From positions 18,986 through 82,985 of the forward strand of contig JAZQFD010000007.1 in the NCBI GenBank assembly GCA_045539335.1: DNA of 64,000 nt, given 5' to 3'. The notes beneath the pieces were generated by a model. That model made no database searches. It saw only the letters and a program-made list of their open reading frames with translations, and had not been told where the DNA came from. Shown one piece after another: positions 18,729 through 27,416 of this stretch. The DNA is from Eubacteriales bacterium. GTDB taxonomy: Bacteria > Bacillota > Clostridia > Oscillospirales > QAKW01. Within the stretch, counting starts at the first letter, position 1; each line of letters begins with the position of its first letter. The translations under genes and the position numbers were made by a program.

Positions 18729-20633
18729 ATGTATAAAATTTCGGTTCCTATAATGGCGACAACAATCACAGAGAATAACAAAAAAGATTACCTCGCGTTA
18801 TTCAAAAACGCAGGTGCATCACGAATTTTTATAGCATTGCCCGATTACGCTATACCGCCCACACTTGGCGAAAACATAGCATTTTTTAAACAGAACGGTT
18901 TTGAGGTCGGCGTTTGGTTAAGCACTATCGGACACGGTTTTGTTCTTAGTCATACCGACGATGTGACCGACCTTAAATTCACCGCTATCACGAATATTGA
19001 GGGTGAGGAGCGCCCACAGGCCAACTGTCCGCTTGATGAAAATTTCAGTGACTTCATTGCCCGCCTTGTTGCCGACATTGCTAAACTTGGTCCCGATATT
19101 GTAATGTTGGATGATGATTTTCGCCTATCACAACACGGAAAGCATCTGTGTTGCGCCTGTAAAAATCATCTTAACCGCATCAGCGAAATTCTCGGAGAAA
19201 ATATCACCCGCGAGAAAATCAAGCCGTATATCTTATCGGGAAAAGCAAACAAATACCGTGACGCTTGGTTAAAGGCGCAAAGTGACAGTTTAATTGAATT
19301 TTCAAAGCATATTCGGGCCGAAGTTGATAAGGAAACGCCTGATGTAACGGTATGTGCTTGCATGGCTTGTGCACCATGGGATGCAGACGATTTGGATGTT
19401 GCCGAAGTTGCACGAATACTTGCCGGTAATCATCAGCCCATCCTCAGACTTACGGGTGCGCCGTATTGGGCAACACAACAGCGTAAATACCCGCTTATAG
19501 CCGTATTTGAGATTGCCCGTATGCTCGCTTCTTTCGTTCAAAACCAAGGGTTTGACCTGATGAGCGAAGGTGATGTATATCCCCGACCACGTTATACCTG
19601 CCCCGCTTCATATTTGGAACTTTACGATGTCGTAACCCGCGCCGATGGCGGTTATAACGGAATTCTTAAATATATGTTTGACTATGTTGCGGGTCCGGAT
19701 TTTGAAACAGGATACCTTAAACTGCATAATGATAACGCTTCGTTCTACAAGAAACTTGCAAAAATGTTCCCTAACGGCGCAAATGCGGGTGTTCGAATAA
19801 TTACCAATCCGCACACAATGAAAAATGCCGATCTGGATATTTCCGCACCGAAAATTTATTCGCCTGTACCACAAGATGGCGCTATGCTGGGTCTTTGCGG
19901 AATTCCTACGATATATCGCGGCAAGGGTGTTTGCAACTCTGTATTTGGAGAAAATGCAAGAGCATTTAACCTTGAAGAACTCGGTACAGGCACCATTATC
20001 GATGCCGTTTCTGCTATGATTTTAACCGAGCGTGGCATTGATGTGGGATTAAAGTCATTTAACAAATTAAACACTCGAAACATCGCTTTTCTATGCACAA
20101 AAAACTCCGAGCACAATTCACTTATCACCAACGGAAATGTCAGAGTTTTAGATGCAGTTCTTAAAGACAGCGCAGAGCCGGTGTTATTCTCAGTAGAAAA
20201 AAACGAGTTAGTACCATTCGCATACCGTTATGAAAATGCTAATGGTGAGCGCTTTTTGGTATTCCTGTTTGAGGGCGCTTCTATTTACGACCACGACAGG
20301 GGTATCGCTTGGTCAGGATTAAACAAAAACTATGCCACACAGGAAATACTGATTGATTCTATACCGTGGCTCGCAAAACAGCCCCTACCCGCATATTGCG
20401 CTTTAAATCCCGAAGTTTATATTATGTGCGAAAAGGATAACGATACCATGAGCGTCGGTGTCTTCAACTGTTTTGCCGACCCGCTTACAAACCCCATTAT
20501 TATGCTGGGAGAAAAATATTCCCGCATCGAATGTTTAAACTGCGAAGCAATGCTGGATGGCAATAAGGTTACTATTACAAATAAACTTCATGCCTTCTCC
20601 CACGCAGTATTCCGTTTATACAAAGATATCTAA
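18729..20633 (+). CDS. Hypothetical 634-aa cytoplasmic protein (possibly a TIM-barrel carbohydrate-active enzyme)
   Basis: Long ORF with a strong AAGGAG RBS and no signal peptide. I do not recognise the family. Confidence 0.6.
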   Translation: MYKISVPIMATTITENNKKDYLALFKNAGASRIFIALPDYAIPPTLGENIAFFKQNGFEVGVWLSTIGHGFVLSHTDDVTDLKFTAITNIEGEERPQANCPLDENFSDFIARLVADIAKLGPDIVMLDDDFRLSQHGKHLCCACKNHLNRISEILGENITREKIKPYILSGKANKYRDAWLKAQSDSLIEFSKHIRAEVDKETPDVTVCACMACAPWDADDLDVAEVARILAGNHQPILRLTGAPYWATQQRKYPLIAVFEIARMLASFVQNQGFDLMSEGDVYPRPRYTCPASYLELYDVVTRADGGYNGILKYMFDYVAGPDFETGYLKLHNDNASFYKKLAKMFPNGANAGVRIITNPHTMKNADLDISAPKIYSPVPQDGAMLGLCGIPTIYRGKGVCNSVFGENARAFNLEELGTGTIIDAVSAMILTERGIDVGLKSFNKLNTRNIAFLCTKNSEHNSLITNGNVRVLDAVLKDSAEPVLFSVEKNELVPFAYRYENANGERFLVFLFEGASIYDHDRGIAWSGLNKNYATQEILIDSIPWLAKQPLPAYCALNPEVYIMCEKDNDTMSVGVFNCFADPLTNPIIMLGEKYSRIECLNCEAMLDGNKVTITNKLHAFSHAVFRLYKDI

Positions 20634-20685
20634 CAGTGAATCATTTTTGGCTCCGTAAAATCCATCACAATTCATATAAAAAAGC

Positions 20686-20733
20686 AGACACATCATTCTT
20701 GAAAACTCAAAAATGATGTGTCTAACTTTTTTT
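20686..20733 (+). terminator. Rho-independent terminator at the island's right end
   Basis: AGACACATCATT...AATGATGTGTCT (12-bp stem) followed by a T-tract. Confidence 0.7.
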
Positions 20734-20787
20734 AATGTTAAATTTTTATAATAGGTCTTTTACAAGTTGCCGAAAGCCTTACAAAAC

Positions 20788-21005
20788 CTTATTTATTAAG
20801 TGCTTCCATTACAGCAACGGCACAAGCCACGGTCATATGTTGCCCGTGGGCTTGATTCCCTTAAAAAGATAACGCCCCTGCGGTTTAACCGCAGGAGCGT
20901 TGACGGCTTGGTAATATTGATACTTACTTCAAAGCTTCCATTACAGCAACAGCACAAGCCACGGTCATACCAACCATGGGGTTGTTACCAGCGCCGATGA
21001 GGCCC
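20788..21005 (-). repeat. Direct repeat (right copy): 45-bp remnant, hairpin terminator and live 3' end of the GGGtGRT gene
   Basis: It is colinear with 16666..16870. The remnant 20789.. encodes MTVACAVAVMEALNK*. The hairpin 20871..20901 serves as terminator of the live gene. Confidence 0.9.
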
Positions 21006-21922
21006 ATCATTTCTACGTGAGCGGGAACAGAAGAGGAGCCGGCGAACTGAGCGTCACCGTGCATTCTGCCCATGGTATCGGTCAGACCGTAGGAAGCGGG
21101 GCCTGCAGCCATGTTATCGGGATGCAGGGTTCTGCCGGTACCGCCGCCGGAAGCAACGGAGAAATACTTCTTATCGTTCTCGCCGCACCATTTCTTATAG
21201 GTGCCGGCAACAGGATGCTGGAAGCGGGTGGGGTTGGTGGAGTTACCGGTGATGGAAACATCCACGTGCTCGTGTTTCATAATGGCAACGCCTTCGGAAA
21301 CATCGTTTGCACCATAGCAGCGAACTTTTGCCTTATCACCATCGGAATAAGCGGTGGTGTTCACAATCTTCAGCTCGCCGGTATAGAAATCATAGTCAGT
21401 CTCTACATAGGTGAAGCCGTTGATTCTGGAGATGATGTAAGCGGCATCCTTGCCCAGACCGTTTAGGATAACCTGCAGGGGCTCCTTACGAGCCTTATTA
21501 GCAGTTCTGGCAATACCGATAGCACCTTCGGCAGCAGCGAAGGACTCATGGCCGGCCAGGAAGCAGAAGCACTTGGTTTCTTCTTCCAGCAGCATAGCAG
21601 CCAGATTACCATGGCCCAGACCTACGCTTCTGGTCTCGGCAACGGAGCCGGGGATGCAGAATGCCTGCAGACCGATACCGATGTCTCTTGCAGCATCGGG
21701 AGCGGATTTATCGCCATTCTTCAGTGCGATGGCAACGCCCAGGGTGTATGCCCAGCAAGCGTTTTCAAATGCGATGGGCTGAACGCCCTTCACGATGGAG
21801 GCAACATCAATGCCTTTGGACAAGCAAAATTCATTTGCCTCATCCAAGGTAGCAAAACCATACTGCTCCAGTACGGGCTGGATCTTGCCGATTCTTCTCT
21901 CATAACCTTCAAAAGTAGCCAT
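20924..21922 (-). CDS. GGGtGRT-family protein (uncharacterised conserved family)
   Basis: 332 aa containing SVASGGGTGRTLHPD. The RBS is a strong AGGAAGGAGG. Confidence 0.85.
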   Translation of the reverse strand: MATFEGYERRIGKIQPVLEQYGFATLDEANEFCLSKGIDVASIVKGVQPIAFENACWAYTLGVAIALKNGDKSAPDAARDIGIGLQAFCIPGSVAETRSVGLGHGNLAAMLLEEETKCFCFLAGHESFAAAEGAIGIARTANKARKEPLQVILNGLGKDAAYIISRINGFTYVETDYDFYTGELKIVNTTAYSDGDKAKVRCYGANDVSEGVAIMKHEHVDVSITGNSTNPTRFQHPVAGTYKKWCGENDKKYFSVASGGGTGRTLHPDNMAAGPASYGLTDTMGRMHGDAQFAGSSSVPAHVEMMGLIGAGNNPMVGMTVACAVAVMEALK

Positions 21923-21939
21923 TGATTCTTCCTCCTTCC

Positions 21940-22632
21940 TTATTCTTCTCTGGGATCGATGTACTTGACCGCTTCATCGAAACGACCGTAGGTGCCTACG
22001 TTCTTCTCATAAGCATCCTTGGGGTCAGCGCCCTTGCGGATCATATCCATCATCTTGCCCAGGTGAACAAACTGATAACCGATGCACTCATTATTGGCAT
22101 CCAGAGCCACTTTCAGAATGTAGCCTTCTGCCATTTCCATGTAGCGAACGCCCTTTACTTTGGTGGCAAACATGGTACCGATCTGAGAACGCAGACCCTT
22201 ACCAAGATCTTCCAAAGAAGCGCCGATGGGCAGACCGTTCTCGGAGAAAGCGGTCTGGGTGCGACCGTAAACCAACTGCTTGAAGATCTCACGCATTGCT
22301 ACGTTAATAGCATCGCAGACCAGGTCGGTATTGAGCGCTTCCAGCAAGGTCTTGCCCTGCAGAATCTCAGCGGCCATAGCAGCGGAGTGGGTCATACCGG
22401 AGCAGCCCAAGGTCTCAACCAGAGCCTCTTCGATAATACCTTCTTTAACGTTCAGGGTCAGCTTGCAGCAGCCCTGCTGAGGTGCGCACCAGCCGATACC
22501 GTGGGAAAGACCGCTGATATCGCTGATTTGAGTAGCTTTTACCCATTTGCCCTCTTCGGGGATGGGAGCGGGACCATGATGGGGACCCTTGGCTACCACG
22601 CACATACTTTCAACTTCATGTGAGTAGTTCAT
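21940..22632 (-). CDS. NifU/IscU-N-terminal-like Fe-S scaffold-type protein with extra C-terminal domain
   Basis: 230 aa. WCAPQQGCCKL and TLGCSGMTHSAAMAAEILQGKTLLEAL resemble the IscU cysteine motifs. It lies 17 nt upstream of the GGGtGRT gene. Confidence 0.75.
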   Translation of the reverse strand: MNYSHEVESMCVVAKGPHHGPAPIPEEGKWVKATQISDISGLSHGIGWCAPQQGCCKLTLNVKEGIIEEALVETLGCSGMTHSAAMAAEILQGKTLLEALNTDLVCDAINVAMREIFKQLVYGRTQTAFSENGLPIGASLEDLGKGLRSQIGTMFATKVKGVRYMEMAEGYILKVALDANNECIGYQFVHLGKMMDMIRKGADPKDAYEKNVGTYGRFDEAVKYIDPREE

Positions 22633-22674
22633 GATGGTTCTCCTTCCATTTAATATCTTTTCACAGACAGATTT

Positions 22675-22703
22675 ATTATAAAGTATTTTATTAAAACTTT
22701 CAA
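22675..22703 (-). promoter_or_regulatory. Sigma-70-type promoter for the NifU-like/GGGtGRT pair
   Basis: The minus strand reads TTGAAA, 17 nt, then TATAAT. Confidence 0.55.
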
Positions 22704-22725
22704 GCCTTTTGGCAGAAAAAACACG

Positions 22726-22758
22726 AAAAAAGGGCGGGGTTAACCCCGCCCTTTTTTA
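22726..22758. terminator. Terminator hairpin at the agcS 3' end
   Basis: AGGGCGGGGttaaCCCCGCCCT with A/T tracts. The stop codon sits in the loop. Confidence 0.7.
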
Positions 22759-24149
22759 ATCTTTTGTTGTTTCTCATATTCTTTGAGGGCAGTAAGGGCC
22801 GGTTTGCAACCGGGAACGATGACTGCAAGGTTCACCACCGTCATCAAAGCGATGCCCACATCACCCAACTCCCACACAGATTCATAAGCGGCAATTCCGC
22901 CGATAAAGAGCATCACCAAGGCAATGATCTTATAAGCGGTTTGACCTGCCCATTTATCGCCAAACAAAAAGGCAACATTGGGGCGAGCATAAAAGAGCAC
23001 GCCGATAAAGGTGGAGAAGCAGAAAAGGAACAGCACAATGGCAATAAACACCACACCAAAGGAGCCCAGATGATAGTTCATGGCCCCTTGGAGAATGCCG
23101 ATGCCCTCTGCGCCTGCAATGGCTTCTTCGGGCACCAGCAGCATGATAAAAGCAGTGCAGCTGCAGATGACAATGGTATCGATAAAAACGCCCAAGGATT
23201 GCAAAAGCCCCACCTTAACCGGTTCTCCATCGGCGGCTGCTGCGGCGCAGGGAGCAGAGCCGGAGCCTGCTTCATTAGAGAACAGGCCTCTTTTCACACC
23301 GTTCATCAACACAGCGCCGAATCCGCCGGCGGCCATCTGACGAAGACCGAAGGCTTCTTCAAAAATTCGCTCAAACACACCGGGTAAGAGGGTGATATTT
23401 TTAAAGATGATAAAGAGAGTGATGCAGAAATAGGCGGCCGCCATAATGGGAACGATAATGTCCAGCACCTTTACGGTGGCATTCTTCCTTAACACGATCA
23501 CGGCTGCAAGAGCCACCACAATGGCGGAGGTGATCCAAGGGGAGATATGAAAAGCATTGTTGAAAGAATCGGTTACCGAGTTTCCGATTACTTGGCTGAT
23601 ACCACACCAGCAGATCAGACCCGAAACAGCGAAAAGAACCGCCAAAATGGATTTATTAAAGGGGATCTTAAACCGACTCTTAATGGTATTTTGAATGTAA
23701 TAAGCAGGGCCGCCCCGATAACCGCCATAAAGGGGATCAGGTTCTTTATGTAGCTGGGCAAGAGTGGCTTCAATAAAAGCGGAGGCAGAGCCGATCAAAG
23801 CGGTGACCCACATCCAGAAAACCGCACCGGCACCGCCGGCTGAAATGGCGGCCACAACCCCCATCAGGTTGCCCATGCCCACTCGAGTGGCGGTGGAGAC
23901 GATCAGCGATTGCCAGCCGGAGATGGCACCTTCTTTTTTAGCGTTTTTTTCCGTGGAAACCCGAATCATCTCGGGAAAGAGCCGCACCGGAAGCACCTTG
24001 GTGCGAATGGTGAAATAAATCCCGGCAGGAATCAGCAAAAGCACCAGCAGGGAAAGTCCCAAGGTTCCGCCGCCGGGCAGAGGAATGGTAATGAGATCCC
24101 CCCAAAGGGCATTATACACAGCATGAATGATGTTGATAATAAAGTCCAT
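22740..24149 (-). CDS. Alanine/glycine:cation symporter (AGCS family)
   Basis: 469 aa, polytopic. The typical AGCS motifs LFSNEAGSGSAP and GGPAYYI are present. Confidence 0.9.
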   Translation of the reverse strand: MDFIINIIHAVYNALWGDLITIPLPGGGTLGLSLLVLLLIPAGIYFTIRTKVLPVRLFPEMIRVSTEKNAKKEGAISGWQSLIVSTATRVGMGNLMGVVAAISAGGAGAVFWMWVTALIGSASAFIEATLAQLHKEPDPLYGGYRGGPAYYIQNTIKSRFKIPFNKSILAVLFAVSGLICWCGISQVIGNSVTDSFNNAFHISPWITSAIVVALAAVIVLRKNATVKVLDIIVPIMAAAYFCITLFIIFKNITLLPGVFERIFEEAFGLRQMAAGGFGAVLMNGVKRGLFSNEAGSGSAPCAAAAADGEPVKVGLLQSLGVFIDTIVICSCTAFIMLLVPEEAIAGAEGIGILQGAMNYHLGSFGVVFIAIVLFLFCFSTFIGVLFYARPNVAFLFGDKWAGQTAYKIIALVMLFIGGIAAYESVWELGDVGIALMTVVNLAVIVPGCKPALTALKEYEKQQKIKKGRG

Positions 24150-24185
24150 ATAGGTTGTTTCCTTCTTGTTATTTTAATACAAACT

Positions 24186-24647
24186 CTATTCTTGGTATTG
24201 AAGCATGTCGGGTGTCCAGTTTAAAAGCACTTCCGCCATGGCGGAAGCCTCTTTTTTGGCACCCTCCGGATCATGCTCTAAGTAGTTGCCGCATTCCACC
24301 GAGGTGGTGCCGGGGATTTCTCCTTCATAGGCGGCAATAAAGTTCATGGAGTCCCGCACCAAGGCAATGGCCTTCTCATGGGAGAGGGTATCCCGCACCA
24401 AAAGATAAAATCCGGTGCGACAGCCCATGGGCCCCACATAAAGAATGGCATCCTGATAGGCAGAGTTGCGGACGTAGGTAGCAAAAAGATGCTCCATGGT
24501 GTGCATGGCGGCGTTCTCTAAATACACCCCGCCGTTAGGCTTTTTCATGCGGATGTCATAGGTGACCACATCACCGTCCACCCGAGAAAGGTACATCCCT
24601 CGCTCCAGAATATCATGGTTTACCGTAAAGCTGGCAATTTTTTTCAT
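24186..24647 (-). CDS. luxS: S-ribosylhomocysteine lyase
   Basis: I use the internal start MKKIASFTVNH (153 aa), which overlaps the nagA stop (ATGA). HTMEHLFATY (metal site) and GCRTGFY motifs are present. Confidence 0.9.
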   Translation of the reverse strand: MKKIASFTVNHDILERGMYLSRVDGDVVTYDIRMKKPNGGVYLENAAMHTMEHLFATYVRNSAYQDAILYVGPMGCRTGFYLLVRDTLSHEKAIALVRDSMNFIAAYEGEIPGTTSVECGNYLEHDPEGAKKEASAMAEVLLNWTPDMLQYQE

Positions 24648-25768
24648 TGGTCGGCACTCCATACACAGTTGCCTCCCACAAAGGTGGCACGAATGTTGCA
24701 TTCTTCATCCATCAGGATAAAGTCTGCAAAAGTATCCGGCAAAAGAGTGCCCATTTGATGGCCGATGCCTAAAAGGCGGGCGGGATTTTCCGTTGCCATC
24801 ATCAGTGCTTCAGGAAGGGTTACCTCCCCGTAGGCGGCCATATTGCGAACCCCCTCATTGAGCTTCAGCACTGAGCCGGCCAAAGTACCGTCCAAAAGCC
24901 GAGCTTGCCGATCATGAACCTCCACCGGCTGACCGCCTAAGGCATAGCGACCGTCGGGCAGGCCGCCGGCTTCCATACAGTCGGTAATCAGGCAGATCCG
25001 CTCCTTCTTTAAGCGGGTGAGAATGGGGAAGAGATGGGGGCTTACATGGATGGTATCGGCAATCAATTCGATATAAGCATCCCCCTCCAAGGCGGCGCCG
25101 ATCACTCCGGGATCCCGATGATGCAGAGGCGGCATGGCGTTGAAGAAATGGGTGGTGCTCATGGCACCGGCATTATAGGCGCTTTTGGCAATGTCATAAG
25201 TAGCGGTGGTGTGACCCACAGAGGGAACAATATTTTTTGCCCGAAGTGCCTTGGCAAAGGCGTTGCCTTCATCCTGCTCGGGAGCATAGGAGACGATCTT
25301 GATCACATCCTCATAAGGCTCTACCATGGCCATTTGCGGGGCAACGATATAATCGCCGTTTTGAGCGCCCTTTTTGGCAGGGTGAATGAAGGGCCCTTCC
25401 ATATGGCAGCCCAGCACCCGAGCGCCCGTACTTTCCTTCATGGCGGTGCGAATCCGCTCCATGGCGGTGGCAATGGTCTCCTGATCCATGGTCATGGTGG
25501 TGGGCAAAAAGGCGGTTACGCCGTTTTTGATCAATTCCTCCGAGGCCTTTTCGGGGGAGTGGGTCATGGTATCCTCACCGAAATAGCCGTGAATATGCTG
25601 ATCGATCAAGCCGGCGGAAAGGTAAAGGCCGCCACCGTCGATAATCTTGGCATCTTGGGGAATCTCATGGGCAACGCCGATGATCTTGTCACCTTCAAAT
25701 AAAAATACCGATTCGGGCAGGATCTTGCCCCCTCGAACGATTTTGACATTTTTAACAGCAGTCATCAT
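24644..25768 (-). CDS. nagA: N-acetylglucosamine-6-phosphate deacetylase
   Basis: 374 aa, amidohydrolase fold. It shows GLIDQHIHGYFG and HTTATY motifs. Confidence 0.88.
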   Translation of the reverse strand: MMTAVKNVKIVRGGKILPESVFLFEGDKIIGVAHEIPQDAKIIDGGGLYLSAGLIDQHIHGYFGEDTMTHSPEKASEELIKNGVTAFLPTTMTMDQETIATAMERIRTAMKESTGARVLGCHMEGPFIHPAKKGAQNGDYIVAPQMAMVEPYEDVIKIVSYAPEQDEGNAFAKALRAKNIVPSVGHTTATYDIAKSAYNAGAMSTTHFFNAMPPLHHRDPGVIGAALEGDAYIELIADTIHVSPHLFPILTRLKKERICLITDCMEAGGLPDGRYALGGQPVEVHDRQARLLDGTLAGSVLKLNEGVRNMAAYGEVTLPEALMMATENPARLLGIGHQMGTLLPDTFADFILMDEECNIRATFVGGNCVWSADQ

Positions 25769-26364
25769 TTTTTCAACCTCTTTTCAATGGTTTCGGTTAC
25801 ACGGTGCAAAGCGGGAGCCACCAACAGGTTGACCGCCAGTTCTGCAATAAAATTCAGCGCCACACCGGCAAAAATCATCAGGAAAAACATCCAGCGAGGG
25901 GTCTCGGCGGGGATGGCGCCAAAGGTTCCTGCGCTGATAATGGTATCGGCAATAACCGTGCATCCCCCAACAAAGAATAGGGTGTTGATAACAGGGGCTG
26001 CTGCAGCGGCCGTAAAGAGAGCGACGGTTTGATTTTTCTTAGCGATCAATTTATAGAAAAACCCGGCGCCCATTCCTGCCAGTGCTCCTTTGCCCACGCA
26101 GATGACCACCGTCATCACCGGAGAGAGGGGAAGCAGGGATTGCGCCATGGGCTCGCCTAAGGTAATTAATCCGAAGGCCAGCCCTAAAAAGCCGCCGGCC
26201 AAAGGCCCTTGTAAGACCCCGCCCAATACAATGGGGATCAGTACTAAACTAATGCTGACCGGGCCGATTTTGATATTATTACCAACCATCTGCAAAACGA
26301 TGGTCAGCGCCAGCAAAATGGAAAGTTGAACTAATTTGCGGGTGTGTTGCTTGGTAGTGCTCAT
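25765..26364 (-). CDS. ECF-transporter S (substrate-capture) component-like membrane protein
   Basis: I use the start MSTTKQ behind an AAGGAG RBS (199 aa). It has 5-6 TM helices and is small and Gly/Ala-rich. It overlaps the nagA start by 4 nt. Confidence 0.65.
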   Translation of the reverse strand: MSTTKQHTRKLVQLSILLALTIVLQMVGNNIKIGPVSISLVLIPIVLGGVLQGPLAGGFLGLAFGLITLGEPMAQSLLPLSPVMTVVICVGKGALAGMGAGFFYKLIAKKNQTVALFTAAAAAPVINTLFFVGGCTVIADTIISAGTFGAIPAETPRWMFFLMIFAGVALNFIAELAVNLLVAPALHRVTETIEKRLKK

Positions 26365-26447
26365 AATTATTTCTCCTTGAACATAGGGTTCACCATATTT
26401 TAACATTTTAAATAATAAAAAGCAAGTGGAATCGGTGAAAACGTCGG

Positions 26448-26476
26448 TTGACTTTTTTCGTCGGGTGACTTATAAT
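26448..26476 (+). promoter_or_regulatory. Sigma-70-type promoter for the AsrC-like/ABC operon
   Basis: TTGACT, 17 nt, then TATAAT, 29 nt upstream of the ATG. Confidence 0.6.
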
Positions 26477-26504
26477 TTCTATAGAAAACGCAGGAGGAAC
26501 CATT

Positions 26505-27416
26505 ATGATCAATCAAACATTTCCCCCTTGTACCGTTGCCCCTGAGGAAGTGGCTCGGGTAAAAGGGTTGGGCTTTTTAAGAGATAAAACCACCCCCGAT
26601 TGCTTCAATGGGCGGGTCATCACCCGCAATGGTAAAGTTACTGCCGCAGAACTGCGGGCAGTAGCAGAGGCCGCCGAGCGGTTCGGAAGCGGCTATGCCG
26701 CCATGACCTCTCGCCTTTCCATTGAAATTCAAGGGATTGCTTTTGAGAATATCGAGCCTTTGTGTGCCTATCTGGCAGAGCATGGGCTGGAGATCGGCGG
26801 CACCGGCCCCAAGGTGCGACCTGTGGTGTCTTGTAAGGGTACCACTTGTACTTTTGGATTAATTGATACCTTCGGTCTGTCTGAGGCGATCCATGAGCGC
26901 TTTTATAAGGGATATCGGGATGTGAAGCTGCCTCATAAATTTAAGATCGCCGTGGGCGGTTGCCCCAACAACTGCGTCAAGCCCGATATCAATGATATCG
27001 GCATTGTGGGTCAGCGATTGCCCAAGGTGGATTTGAGTCTTTGCAAGGGGTGCAAAATTTGTCAGATCGAAAAGGCTTGCCCCATCGGCAATGCAAAGCT
27101 GATAGACGGTAAGATTTGTCTGGATACCGATTGCAACCGTTGCGGTCGATGCATCGGAAAATGCCCCTTTGGCGCCGTTGGCGAGGAGCGGGTCGGCTAT
27201 CGGATCTATATCGGCGGGCGCTGGGGTAAAAAAGTGGCCCGTGGCTTGCCTTTGAGCGTGATTCTCACCTCCAAGGAGCAGGTGCTGGAGGTCATTGAGC
27301 GAGCCATTACTTGGTTTAAAGAAAACGGTACTCCCGGTGAGCGCTTTGCCGATACCGTTGCCCGCATGGGATTTGAGCAGGTGGATGCCGCCTTATTGAA
27401 AGGATTCAAGGAATGA
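26505..27416 (+). CDS. Sulfite/nitrite-reductase-family Fe-S protein with ferredoxin insert (AsrC/DsrA-like architecture)
   Basis: 303 aa. It shows GGCPNNCVKPDINDIG, then CKGCKICQIEKACP and CNRCGRCIGKCP (two 4Fe-4S motifs). Confidence 0.65.
   Translation: MINQTFPPCTVAPEEVARVKGLGFLRDKTTPDCFNGRVITRNGKVTAAELRAVAEAAERFGSGYAAMTSRLSIEIQGIAFENIEPLCAYLAEHGLEIGGTGPKVRPVVSCKGTTCTFGLIDTFGLSEAIHERFYKGYRDVKLPHKFKIAVGGCPNNCVKPDINDIGIVGQRLPKVDLSLCKGCKICQIEKACPIGNAKLIDGKICLDTDCNRCGRCIGKCPFGAVGEERVGYRIYIGGRWGKKVARGLPLSVILTSKEQVLEVIERAITWFKENGTPGERFADTVARMGFEQVDAALLKGFKE

Larger units (their letters stand above)
16871..20787. mobile_element. AT-rich 3.9-kb inserted island bounded by ~205-bp direct repeats (no recombinase gene)
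   Basis: 60-nt spot counts give 37-38% GC inside versus 58-60% in the flanks. The boundaries coincide exactly with the ends of repeat homology. Confidence 0.55.

Noticed and set aside
26428-26442. GGAATCGGTGAAAAC, which resembles the 5' part of a cobalamin riboswitch, upstream of the BtuF-type ABC operon.
   Set aside because: It lies upstream of the predicted promoter. No B12 box (GCCACTG-like) or pairing partners follow it. Only about 100 nt of intergenic space is available.
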